DNA of 51,440 nt from an uncultured Bacilli bacterium (GTDB lineage: Bacteria; Bacillota_I; Bacilli_A; RF39; UBA660), in assembly GCA_944371955.1 (NCBI GenBank), contig CALVYB010000002.1:1-51440 (forward strand). The letters run 5' to 3'. The translations under genes were made by a program, and so were the position numbers. The notes under the pieces were generated by a model. The model saw only the letters and a list, made by a program, of their open reading frames with translations. It had not been told where the DNA came from and did no database searches. Below are positions 39,962 through 48,764 of the stretch, one piece after another. The stretch's first letter is position 1. Every line of letters starts with the position of its first letter.

Positions 39962-40866
39962 TATATTTTTAAATACTTTCTTACGGCACCGGCACTACCA
40001 ACCATACCAACTAATATTCCTATAATAATAACAATTACTGAAGTTGAATAGATAAATGGTTCTGGTTTAATCAATTGAATTAATTGAGTAAATAAGTAAC
40101 CATCAAAATGCTTATAAAACATTAAATACCCATAAGTAGTAAAAATTACTGGAACAATAGATCCTAATAATCCTAAAATCATTCCTTCTATAATAAATGG
40201 AGTCTTTATCGTAAAGTTGCTTGCTCCAACTAATCTCATTATTCCTATTTCTCTGCGTCTTGCTGATATGGTTAATTTAATTGTATTAATGATTAAAAAT
40301 ACTGTTACGATAACTAATGCAATAACTATTCCATAAGTTACCTTTTCTATTGATGAAAAGGCAGTTACCATCTTTTCAACCATTCCTTCTCCATATCTTA
40401 CGGTATTGACTGACTCTATTTCTTTAATTTTATCTGCAGTTTCTGATATCTTTTCCACATTTTTAACTTTTACTTGATAAGTATCTTTTAGGGGGCTTTC
40501 TTCATCGTCCCATTCATCTAATACGGTATCAAATACTTCAGACTCTTCTTGCATTTGTTGCTTGACCTCTTGTTTAGATTCAAAAGTAATACTATTTTTG
40601 TCAACGTTAGATATTTGGCTTAATTGTTTATTTACTCTATCCACATCTTCTTCTGTTGCATCATTGTTTAAGAAGATTACAATTGTTAAATCTTTTTCTA
40701 TTTCTTTTGTAAAATTTTGAACATTAAACGATGCCATGATTGCTATTGCTACAATTATTAATGTAATGGTAATACAAGATATTGAAGCTAATGATAAACT
40801 AAAATTCCTGATTACACTTTTAAAAGCATCTCTAATGCTTCTTCCTAACATTCTAAATACTCTCAT
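39961..40866 (-). CDS. ftsX: Cell-division ABC transporter permease-like protein FtsX
   Basis: 301-aa ORF with 4 TM segments and a large extracellular loop. Overlaps ftsE. Confidence 0.9.
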   Translation of the reverse strand: MRVFRMLGRSIRDAFKSVIRNFSLSLASISCITITLIIVAIAIMASFNVQNFTKEIEKDLTIVIFLNNDATEEDVDRVNKQLSQISNVDKNSITFESKQEVKQQMQEESEVFDTVLDEWDDEESPLKDTYQVKVKNVEKISETADKIKEIESVNTVRYGEGMVEKMVTAFSSIEKVTYGIVIALVIVTVFLIINTIKLTISARRREIGIMRLVGASNFTIKTPFIIEGMILGLLGSIVPVIFTTYGYLMFYKHFDGYLFTQLIQLIKPEPFIYSTSVIVIIIGILVGMVGSAGAVRKYLKI

Positions 40867-41551
40867 CTACATAAGTTCCTTTCTTCTTAAAACTAACTAA
40901 ATGTCCATCTTTTAGCGATATCACTTGCTTTTTCATAGCATTAACAATTTCTTTATCATGAGTTGCCATAATAATAGTTGTTCCTCTTGTTTTGTTGATT
41001 CCGTCTAAGACTTTCATAATTTCTAAACTTCTTTCAGGATCCAAGTTCCCTGTTGGCTCATCGCATAGTAATAGTTTAGGGTTGTTTACAATAGCTCTAG
41101 CAATAGCTACACGTTGTTGTTCACCTCCAGATAGTTGGTCTGGATAATTATGAACTTTATTTTTTAATCCTACTTCTTCTAGGGCTCGTAAGACATTTTT
41201 TCTTGTTACTTCTTTAGTGGCTCCAATTACTTCCATTGCAAATGCTACATTTTCGTATACTGTTAATTTGGGTAATAATCTATAATCTTGGAATACTATT
41301 CCTAGCTTTCTTCTAAGCTTATACACTTTTGTATTTCTAAGTTTTGCTACATCTAATCCTCCCACTATGATTTGTCCTTTAGTTGGTTTTTCTTCTCGAT
41401 ATAGCATTTTTATTAATGTACTTTTCCCACTACCTGATCCACCAATTACGAAAGTAAAAGAACCTTTTTCAATAGCAAGATTTAAATCATAAATTGCGGT
41501 TACACCATTTTTATATTTTTTTTCTACATTTTTTAATCTGATTAAGTCCAT
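40853..41551 (-). CDS. ftsE: Cell-division ATP-binding protein FtsE
   Basis: 'GGSGSGKST', 'LSGGEQQR', 'LLCDEPTGNLD'. The start at 41551 has a GGAGGT RBS. The ORF-track extension to 41641 is rejected. Confidence 0.93.
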   Translation of the reverse strand: MDLIRLKNVEKKYKNGVTAIYDLNLAIEKGSFTFVIGGSGSGKSTLIKMLYREEKPTKGQIIVGGLDVAKLRNTKVYKLRRKLGIVFQDYRLLPKLTVYENVAFAMEVIGATKEVTRKNVLRALEEVGLKNKVHNYPDQLSGGEQQRVAIARAIVNNPKLLLCDEPTGNLDPERSLEIMKVLDGINKTRGTTIIMATHDKEIVNAMKKQVISLKDGHLVSFKKKGTYVDESI

Positions 41552-41576
41552 ATTTACCTCCACTCTAGTATATTTA

Positions 41577-41585
41577 ATTATACCA
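41577..41585 (-). promoter_or_regulatory. Extended -10 element TGGTATAAT for ftsEX-M23
   Basis: Read on the minus strand about 25 nt upstream of the ftsE ATG, after the yitT terminator. Confidence 0.5.
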
Positions 41586-41603
41586 TATTTTCTAAAATAA
41601 CAA

Positions 41604-41630
41604 AAGAGAAGATTTTTTAAATCCTCTCTT
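41604..41630 (-). terminator. Intrinsic terminator after the second YitT gene
   Basis: 10-bp stem with one mismatch (aagagaagat/atcctctctt). TTTTGTTATTTT follows on the minus strand. Confidence 0.55.
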
Positions 41631-41634
41631 AATA

Positions 41635-42510
41635 TTAACATTTTCCGCCTTTTACTTCATAAGCGTCTTCCACTAAAAAAAATACTTTCGGGTCAATTAG
41701 TTTGATTCCTTCTGTTAATTTATAATAATCCCTAGTAGGTATTACTGCTAATAATACTTTTCTTTTTTTTTCAAAAAAGCCACCTTTTACATCAAATGTG
41801 GTGATTGTATGATGTAATTTGTTGATTATGTATTCACGAATTTCTTTTTCTTTGGCAGTTACAATATACAATGCCTTATTTTTAGATATTCCCAGTAAAA
41901 CTTTATCAATCATTAGATTATTTATAAACACTAATATAATGGCGTACATCATCATAGTCCATCCAAAAAAGATACCGCCTATGATAATAATTGTAGAATT
42001 AATTAACATCAGTGATTTTGTTAAAGGTATTTTAAAATATTTGTTTAATATCTGACTAATAATAGGTAATCCTCCATTACTAAATCCAGTCTTATATATG
42101 AAGCCATTGGCGATACCACCTATTACGCCAGCAAATATAATCATCAAAAAGGTATCTTCATAATTTAGAGTGATATTTTGAGTTATTAAACTAGTTAATT
42201 TTACAAATAGAGGATATAAAAAAGTAGCTAAAATCGAACCAAAAGTTCTTTCTTTCCCTAAGTACATGGCGCTAAATAATAAGCAAGCCAGTGATATTAA
42301 AAAGATTATCAAAGCAGAATCAATGTCATACACATAATTTGTGATTACAGCAATACCGTTTACGCCTCCTGATACTAATTCTGCTGGCAATAATAAAATA
42401 TTGTATACTAAAGATAAAACAAATAAGGCTATGATTAAAGTTGTTATTCGCGAAAATATACTTTTTCTTTTTATTTTCTTTACAATCACTTCAAAAAAGT
42501 TATCCATCAT
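41635..42510 (-). CDS. YitT-family membrane protein (DUF161 repeats plus a C-terminal DUF2179-like domain), paralog 2
   Basis: 291-aa ORF with a polytopic N-half and 'GG(F/Y)...K..L..V(I/L)PT(R/K)DYY(K/R)L' in the C-domain. ATGA overlap with paralog 1. Confidence 0.8.
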   Translation of the reverse strand: MMDNFFEVIVKKIKRKSIFSRITTLIIALFVLSLVYNILLLPAELVSGGVNGIAVITNYVYDIDSALIIFLISLACLLFSAMYLGKERTFGSILATFLYPLFVKLTSLITQNITLNYEDTFLMIIFAGVIGGIANGFIYKTGFSNGGLPIISQILNKYFKIPLTKSLMLINSTIIIIGGIFFGWTMMMYAIILVFINNLMIDKVLLGISKNKALYIVTAKEKEIREYIINKLHHTITTFDVKGGFFEKKRKVLLAVIPTRDYYKLTEGIKLIDPKVFFLVEDAYEVKGGKC

Positions 42511-43388
42511 TCACCTCCAAACACTTCATAAGCATCTGTTACAACAAAAAATGAATTGGGATCGATTTCATGAATTCCTTCTTTTAAACGGTAATAATCT
42601 TTTGTTGGTAAAACACACATTAATACTGTCTGATTCTCTTTTGCATAACCTCCTTTAGCATTAAAGACTGTTACTCCGTGATTTAAATATCTTAAAATAT
42701 ACTCTTTAATTTTTTGTTCTTCCTTGGTTACAATATAAAATGCCTTGCTATCAGAAACTCCTAAAATCACTCTATCTGACATGAAACTAATTACATATAA
42801 AACAATAATGGAATACATAAAATGAGTTGGTCCAAATACAAAAGCGGTTAATAATACGATTGTCCCATCGCAGTACAACATACTGTTTCCTATGCTAATT
42901 TTTAAATATTTAGATAGGATTTGATTTATAATGTCTGTTCCTCCTGTAGTAAAGCCTGACTTATAAATCATACCGGCTCCAAATCCGTATACTACTCCGC
43001 CAAAGACAGATATTAACAATAGTTCATTTGTGTCTATATCTATTATAGCGCTAATATTACCGGTTAAACTAACAAATATAGGAAATAAGATAGAACCTAA
43101 AAATGTAGCTTTTGTTTTGGCTTTTCCTAATAGAAAATAACTTAATATAAGTAATAGTATATTAGATACCAAAATCACCGCTGAATTATCTATATCTATT
43201 AAATAGTTGATAATTATTGCTAATCCTCCAACTCCACCCGCTACAATATTGTTTGGAGCTAAAAGCAAGTTATAAGCCACAGCTATTAAAAAGCAACCTA
43301 ATACAAATTGTATATGTCTTTTTATACTAGATTTAGAGTTTATTTTTTCTAATATTTTAAAATCTTTCGTTTTAGAAAACAGTCTCAT
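42507..43388 (-). CDS. YitT-family membrane protein, paralog 1
   Basis: Same architecture as paralog 2. I prefer the start at 43388 (AGGTGGGG RBS) over 43400. Confidence 0.8.
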   Translation of the reverse strand: MRLFSKTKDFKILEKINSKSSIKRHIQFVLGCFLIAVAYNLLLAPNNIVAGGVGGLAIIINYLIDIDNSAVILVSNILLLILSYFLLGKAKTKATFLGSILFPIFVSLTGNISAIIDIDTNELLLISVFGGVVYGFGAGMIYKSGFTTGGTDIINQILSKYLKISIGNSMLYCDGTIVLLTAFVFGPTHFMYSIIVLYVISFMSDRVILGVSDSKAFYIVTKEEQKIKEYILRYLNHGVTVFNAKGGYAKENQTVLMCVLPTKDYYRLKEGIHEIDPNSFFVVTDAYEVFGGE

Positions 43389-43405
43389 ATATAACCCCAC
43401 CTAAT

Positions 43406-44504
43406 TTAACTTTTTTGCTTTAAATTTGATTCAATAAATATATCTATATCACCATCTAACACTTTAGTAACATTACTGGTTTCTACGTTTGTTCTATGAT
43501 CTTTTACCATTGAATATGGATGAAGAACATAACTTCTAATTTGTGAACCAAAATTAATATTTGCTTGTTCTCCTTTTATTGCATTTAATTCCTGTTCTTG
43601 TTCTTCTATCCTTCTTAATAATAACTTGTTTTTTAAAACTTTTAGAGCTTGCTCTTTGTTTTGTATTTGACTTCTTTCATTTTGGCAAGTTACTACAGTT
43701 TTTGTTGGTAAGTGAGTAATTCTTACTGCGGAATCGGTGGTATTTACTCCTTGTCCACCTGCTCCTGTTGAACGATATACATCTATTTTTAAATCCTTTT
43801 CATCTATTTCAATATCATTATCTTGCTCTATTTCTGGCGTAATTTCTATCGAAGCGAATGATGTGTGCCTTCTATTATTAGAATCAAAAGGAGAAAGTCG
43901 AACTAACCTATGGACTCCTTTTTCATTTTTTAAATAACCGTATGCATTAGTACCTTTTACCCTTATGGAAACACTTTTGATTCCCGCTTCTTCTCCGTCT
44001 TGATAATCCAAAATTTCTATTTTATATTTTTTCTTTTCACACCATCTTATATACATTCTATACAACATTAATGCCCAGTCACATGATTCAGTCCCACCTG
44101 CTCCTGGGTGAATTTCTAGAATACAATCACATTTGTCGTAAGGGCCATTTAATAATAGTAGCAAGCTTATTTCTTCTACTTTCTGTTCTATAAATACAGT
44201 TTCTTGTTCTAACTCTTGAACTATCCCTTCATCTTTTTCTATTTCTAACATATTAGTTAATTCTAAATCATCTTCAATCTTTTTTAATAATTTTTCAATA
44301 TTTTCTATAGTTGATTTTTCATTATTTAATTCCTTTATGATTTTTTCAGCTTTTTGTCTATCATTCCAAAAGTTAGCTTCATTTGTTTGAGATTCTAATT
44401 TTTCAACTTTTTGTTTTTTAGAATCAATGTCAAAGTGACCTCCATAATTCTTCTAACTGTTGCTTGCTTTTAGTTAATGATTCTCTTATTTCTTTTAATT
44501 CCAT
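43406..44504 (-). CDS. prfB: Peptide chain release factor 2, expressed through a programmed +1 ribosomal frameshift
   Basis: Frame 0 (44504..44433) encodes MELKEIRESLTKSKQQLEELWRSL and then hits TGA. The +1 frame from 44431 continues DIDSKKQKVEKLESQTNEANFWND... into the track ORF, which carries the SPF and GGQ motifs. Confidence 0.95.
44429..44443 (-). promoter_or_regulatory. RF2 autoregulatory frameshift site: GGAGG-TCA-CTT-TGA-C
   Basis: An internal SD-like GGAGG lies 3 nt before the slippery CTT, followed by TGA C. This is the canonical RF2 recoding arrangement. Confidence 0.93.
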
Positions 44505-44648
44505 TTTATTTCTCCTTTTTAGTTTGTACTATTTTTTAATTTCTATTCTCTTCTTAAGACAATGATAAGGTAACATATTTTTATTAGTTTCTCAAATATT
44601 TTTTATATTTTTTGTATATTATTTATTCATTTTACATATATTATTAGT

Positions 44649-44717
44649 GAGGAAGGTTCACTGTCACGTGTGAAGATCCTCTGCAAATAGATTTAGGAGC
44701 CTCTTTGGCTCCTTTTT
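44649..44717 (+). ncRNA. Candidate small plus-strand transcript: an interrupted hairpin plus a GC-rich intrinsic terminator with no plus-strand gene upstream
   Basis: Hairpin 44649..44681 (gagga-agg-ttcac / gtgaa-ga-tcctc). Terminator ggagcc-tcttt-ggctcc-TTTTT at 44696..44717. Only weak promoter-like elements upstream (TTGTAT ... TATATT). Confidence 0.25.
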
Positions 44718-44740
44718 AACAACAAAAGCATTATAAAAAA

Positions 44741-44761
44741 GATATTGCAAATAACAATATC
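44741..44761 (-). terminator. Intrinsic terminator after the amine-dehydrogenase-like gene
   Basis: Stem gatattg/caatatc with a 7-nt loop. T6 follows on the minus strand. Confidence 0.6.
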
Positions 44762-44764
44762 TTT

Positions 44765-45817
44765 TTATTTTTCTATATATTTTAATTCTCCCATGCGAGA
44801 AGTAGGAATAAATCCTGGAGCAGCTTTGATAACATCTGGTATTCTATTGACGATAGTAGCACAAGTTAATTCTACTGTTGCTGGTTTTTCTATTGTAAGC
44901 GTTGTATTTGGTTCTCCATACACTGTCCACTGATTTCTATCAAACTCATCTTTATTATAAACTTTTCCTATACATTCAGTTTCTAATGTGATACCTTCTT
45001 TTGTTTCTGTTGTTACTACAGCACTCATTCCTGTAACCATTCCTGCTTTTACAGTCATCCCTAGGGTACTGGATTCAATATCATAATCATTAAATTGTGG
45101 CACGCATTTTTGTTTTTGGCTTACTACTGTTAACCCTAATTTATCACATAACCAACCGTTTACATTCCACATATATGAAGGTGTATATTTTCCACTTTCA
45201 ATTACTTTTTTTCTTTCTTCATTAGAAATATCGTCAACACTAGCAACTTCGCGTTCAAACTCTTCTTTGGTTAATCCCGCACCGTGAGCTTTAGCCAAAG
45301 CAAGTCCATAGTCTTCCACATTATAAGAAGAACTTCCTTTGATTTTGGTAATATTATGACTGGCCCCTACTAAAGTGGTAATTAAGTTTCCCCAAAAAGC
45401 ATCTTGATATCCACTTCCCGTGATAGTACAGTTGTTTTCTTTAGCAAGTTTATCAATTTTTGTTGTTAGGGTTGGATTTGAGTTCATCGAGAAAAATGCT
45501 TCTTCGCATGTCGTAATTGCGTTTACTCCACATTTAGCACAAGTCATCAAAACATTCTCAAGGTCTGATAATAAACTCATTGTTGTTATAATAACACAGT
45601 CTGGTTTTAGACTTTTTAATAATTCCTCAGTCTTATCAGCATTTTGAACTGTTATCCCTGTTTTTTCTAACTGCATTATTTCTCCTATATCTTTCCCAAT
45701 TACATTAGGATTGATATCAACAGCTCCCACAATCTTCCCGCCGTTTTCTATTACATAGCGCATAGTATAAACACTCATTTTCCCTACGCCATATTGAAAA
45801 ATATTTAATCCTTTCAT
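44765..45817 (-). CDS. NAD(P)-dependent DapB-like oxidoreductase, resembling 2,4-diaminopentanoate dehydrogenase / native amine dehydrogenase family
   Basis: 350-aa ORF with an N-terminal Rossmann-like 'QYGVGKMS...IVGAVDINPNVIGKDIGE'. The family call is from recollection and has not been searched. Confidence 0.5.
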   Translation of the reverse strand: MKGLNIFQYGVGKMSVYTMRYVIENGGKIVGAVDINPNVIGKDIGEIMQLEKTGITVQNADKTEELLKSLKPDCVIITTMSLLSDLENVLMTCAKCGVNAITTCEEAFFSMNSNPTLTTKIDKLAKENNCTITGSGYQDAFWGNLITTLVGASHNITKIKGSSSYNVEDYGLALAKAHGAGLTKEEFEREVASVDDISNEERKKVIESGKYTPSYMWNVNGWLCDKLGLTVVSQKQKCVPQFNDYDIESSTLGMTVKAGMVTGMSAVVTTETKEGITLETECIGKVYNKDEFDRNQWTVYGEPNTTLTIEKPATVELTCATIVNRIPDVIKAAPGFIPTSRMGELKYIEK

Positions 45818-45964
45818 TTCTCCCTACCTTTCATATTTTTATTATAACATCTGTTAGAAAAAATATTCGTTTATAATTTTTTAAGAGTTTGATTTAGGCT
45901 GTCACTTTACATGTTCTTTTACTTATAAAGCATTATACAGTTATTTTATATTTTTTATATTAAC

Positions 45965-45993
45965 TTGCAATAAAAAGTTTAGAGTGGTACAAT
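45965..45993 (+). promoter_or_regulatory. Promoter TTGCAA-17 nt-TGgTACAAT for tsaC
   Basis: Read on the plus strand, about 27 nt upstream of the ATG. Confidence 0.6.
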
Positions 45994-46019
45994 CAGTTAT
46001 ATTTTAGTAAGGAGATTTT

Positions 46020-46634
46020 ATGAAACGATACAAAACTAGTGATATTGATTTAATAATTCAGTTACTTAAAGAAGATGGAGTAATTAGTGTTCCGACTGAT
46101 ACAGTTTATGGGTTATGTGCACGAGTTAATTCATCTACCGCATTCCACAAATTAGTAGATATTAAAAATCGTCCAGCCAACAAAAATTTTCCAGTAATGT
46201 GTAGTGATATAGAACAAATCAAAAAAATTGCAATTGTGGATAAAAATGCAGAAAAATTAATTGCTAACTTTATGCCAGGCCCTATCACCTTGGTATTAAG
46301 AAAAAAAGCCGATGCTTTTATGCATATTAATAATGGGGGAGAGAGGTCTACTAATGAGATAGCCGTTAGGATGGCGACTTCGCCTTTTCTAAAAGAAGTT
46401 ATTCAAGGTGTTGATAGTCCGCTATTTATGACTAGCGCCAATCAAAGTGGACAAGAGGTTTGTAAAAATTTAAACGAAATAGAAAAGATTTGTCCTGGTT
46501 TGGACGGAATGGTAGAAGGTGAGGTTCATTTTGGTGAGGCTAGCACTATAGTAGACTGTACTGGAGACTCTATAAAAATTCAACGTGAGGGACCAATTTC
46601 TCAAAAAGAAATTATCAACATATTAAACCAATAA
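46020..46634 (+). CDS. tsaC: L-threonylcarbamoyladenylate synthase (Sua5/YwlC/TsaC family, short form)
   Basis: 204-aa ORF, 'ISVPTDTVYGL', 'RP..KNFPVM', 'PGPITLVL', 'TSANQSGQ'. Confidence 0.85.
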   Translation: MKRYKTSDIDLIIQLLKEDGVISVPTDTVYGLCARVNSSTAFHKLVDIKNRPANKNFPVMCSDIEQIKKIAIVDKNAEKLIANFMPGPITLVLRKKADAFMHINNGGERSTNEIAVRMATSPFLKEVIQGVDSPLFMTSANQSGQEVCKNLNEIEKICPGLDGMVEGEVHFGEASTIVDCTGDSIKIQREGPISQKEIINILNQ

Positions 46635-46654
46635 TCTACACTTTATATTAAAAA

Positions 46655-46682
46655 GTCAGCATTTTATGTGCTGGCTTTTTTA
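46655..46682 (+). terminator. Intrinsic terminator after tsaC
   Basis: Stem gtcagca/tgctggc (one G-U pair) with a 7-nt loop, then T7. Confidence 0.65.
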
Positions 46683-46706
46683 TGTTTATCTAATTTTTTT
46701 CAACTA

Positions 46707-47111
46707 TTATTTAATTAACCCTTTTTCTATACAGTATGGAACAACTTCATTCTTTAAAGTATTTGATAACATTTCCTTTCCCATTGAAGATTCATACCAT
46801 AAAAAGCTTTCTATTTCTTCAGAAGTCTCTAATTTACCTTCTATCTTACCTTTATATTGCAATACATAAAAATGAATTGGCGTAACTCCATCGCTTGTAG
46901 CGATTTCATCAAATTCCATAACCAGTTCAAATAAATCTTTATTAATTTTTACATTTTTTCCTAGTTCTTCGCAACACTCTCGAAAAGCGGCATCAATTGG
47001 ACTTTCGTGTTCTTCAACTCTACCACCAACCATTTGATAAGTAGGTCTTTTTCTAGGCTTATCTATTAATAATCGTTTGTTTTCAAAAAACATAGTTCCT
47101 ACTACATCCAT
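46707..47111 (-). CDS. NUDIX hydrolase (small, 134 aa)
   Basis: Nudix box 'GGRVEEHESPIDAAFRECCEELG'. Confidence 0.85.
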   Translation of the reverse strand: MDVVGTMFFENKRLLIDKPRKRPTYQMVGGRVEEHESPIDAAFRECCEELGKNVKINKDLFELVMEFDEIATSDGVTPIHFYVLQYKGKIEGKLETSEEIESFLWYESSMGKEMLSNTLKNEVVPYCIEKGLIK

Positions 47112-47225
47112 AATTAAACACCTCCAAAAACATCTTATTAAACTACAAAAAATTTATTAAAGGTAACTGGTAATTAATAATATGTTCATTCTCCATTTCA
47201 AGTATACCTTAATCACTTACAAACC

Positions 47226-47250
47226 AAGGCAAAGTAGTTTACTTTGCCTT
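47226..47250 (-). terminator. 11-bp perfect hairpin just after the membrane-protein gene, with no clear T-run
   Basis: aaggcaaagta-gtt-tactttgcctt. Confidence 0.35.
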
Positions 47251-47253
47251 AAA

Positions 47254-47847
47254 TTACATCCAATAATTATTTTGGTTATTATTTACAGTCTGTTGAGGAT
47301 TATTTACTTGATTTTGATTTACAACTTGTTGGGCATTATTTGATTGGCTATGTATGTTATTACCGTCTATCTTTTCTAACACAAATTTTGTCACTAATTC
47401 TAAGTACTTATTTACTGGACCCATAAAGTTCTTATTCTGTTTATTTGCTAAAGTATTTAGGATAAATGATAACTTAGTAAATAAAATTAGTAATGATATT
47501 AAACTACCAATTATCTTTGTAATAATTGGAATGATGTTTTCAAATATTGTAATAATAAATTCAGGTGTTTTAAAAGTCTTATCAATTACCAATATTATAT
47601 CAAATATTCCATAAATAGCATCTTTCACAAAATAAATTAATCCTTCGATTAAATCCCATCCATATTCTACTAGCATACAAGCCGCTAGCAAAGCCACAAC
47701 ACTGATGGCCATCTTTTTAATAAACTCATTGTCCTCCATCAATAAAAATACAAACAATAATACCCAAACTAAATATGTCCAACCTGCAAATAAGCTTACT
47801 AAAATCATTAAGCTAGCAAAATTTGGATTAATTTTTATTTTTCCCAT
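47254..47847 (-). CDS. Hypothetical polytopic membrane protein with an Asn/Gln-rich C-terminal tail
   Basis: About 4-5 hydrophobic segments, with the tail 'NNAQQVVNQNQVNNPQQTVNNNQNNYWM'. I prefer the start at 47847 (GGAGGT RBS). Confidence 0.6.
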   Translation of the reverse strand: MGKIKINPNFASLMILVSLFAGWTYLVWVLLFVFLLMEDNEFIKKMAISVVALLAACMLVEYGWDLIEGLIYFVKDAIYGIFDIILVIDKTFKTPEFIITIFENIIPIITKIIGSLISLLILFTKLSFILNTLANKQNKNFMGPVNKYLELVTKFVLEKIDGNNIHSQSNNAQQVVNQNQVNNPQQTVNNNQNNYWM

Positions 47848-48002
47848 AACTCTAACCTCCAATTATACTTTTATACACAAACTATTTTACTTTATACAAC
47901 TATCAAATCCCTTCATCTAGATTGGTAATAATTATTTTACCTATAATATAGTCTCCTAATTATAATTATACACTTTTTTTATATATGTAAATTTATTTAT
48001 TT

Positions 48003-48016
48003 TTGCCATTTGTTCG
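48003..48016 (-). promoter_or_regulatory. Third copy of CGAACAAATG (minus strand: CGAACAAATGGCAA), upstream of the membrane-protein gene
   Basis: Exact 10-mer shared with the uvrA and dinB/XRE sites. The second half site is not LexA-like. Confidence 0.3.
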
Positions 48017-48086
48017 TTTTAATAGCCGCTACTAATCCACACCATATTCTTAGTAGATATAGTATTATCGCAGCCTACATCGATGA

Positions 48087-48101
48087 TAGATAGTCTATCT
48101 A
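48087..48101. repeat. Perfect 15-nt palindrome TAGATAGTCTATCTA
   Basis: Read directly in the 314-nt non-coding gap. Confidence 0.5.
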
Positions 48102-48176
48102 CAACTAACATAATATTTCTTTATATCACAGATAAATTGTAACATTTAATAGCTAGTCAAAAAATGGGAAGCAAAA

Positions 48177-48764
48177 TCAATCATTTCTGCATTTATTTAA
48201 ATATGTTAAGTATGAATTAATTAAATCTTCATCCATTAGGTTTTGAGGAACTTCTTCTGGTTTAAAAAACTGTAATCGTTTAGTTTCTGAATCACCTTTC
48301 ATACTCCTAATATTTTTCATTAAAACATCTGCTAAATATAACGACGTATTGTTATATACAATATCACCATTTGGGTAACTATTTTTTCTGGTTTCTCCAG
48401 ATAACGTATCAATCAATTCAAGATTGTTAGAATCAAGTGTTATACCTGTTTCTTCATAAGCTTCTCTGACAGCAGTTGTTTTTAAATCCTCTCCCAATTC
48501 TTGGCATCCACCAGGTAGTCCCCATTTATTCCGGTCAGTTCTTTCTTGTAATAATATTTCACCATTTTCATTTCGTATAATAATTGCAGCACCCGTTTGA
48601 ATAAATGGAATATGATTGATTCTTTCGTCTAATGCCATTCTAAACAAAACAGGATAGCCACCATACATTGCACTTAATTTTAATAATTCTTCTTCACTTA
48701 AATTTTTAACTAAGTTCACAAATTCTTCGTGTGTGTATTCTCTCATTTTTCTATATTCGGACAT
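48177..48764 (-). CDS. NUDIX hydrolase (195 aa, with an N-terminal extension)
   Basis: Nudix box 'GLPGGCQELGEDLKTTAVREAYEETG'. Lies 37 nt downstream of secA and has an AAGGAGA RBS. Confidence 0.85.
   Translation of the reverse strand: MSEYRKMREYTHEEFVNLVKNLSEEELLKLSAMYGGYPVLFRMALDERINHIPFIQTGAAIIIRNENGEILLQERTDRNKWGLPGGCQELGEDLKTTAVREAYEETGITLDSNNLELIDTLSGETRKNSYPNGDIVYNNTSLYLADVLMKNIRSMKGDSETKRLQFFKPEEVPQNLMDEDLINSYLTYLNKCRND

Noticed and set aside
44252-44504. Apparent 250-nt gap or truncated prfB, which could be read as a pseudogene.
   Set aside because: It is explained by the canonical RF2 +1 frameshift site (GGAGG TCA CTT TGA C). Both frames are open and RF2-like.
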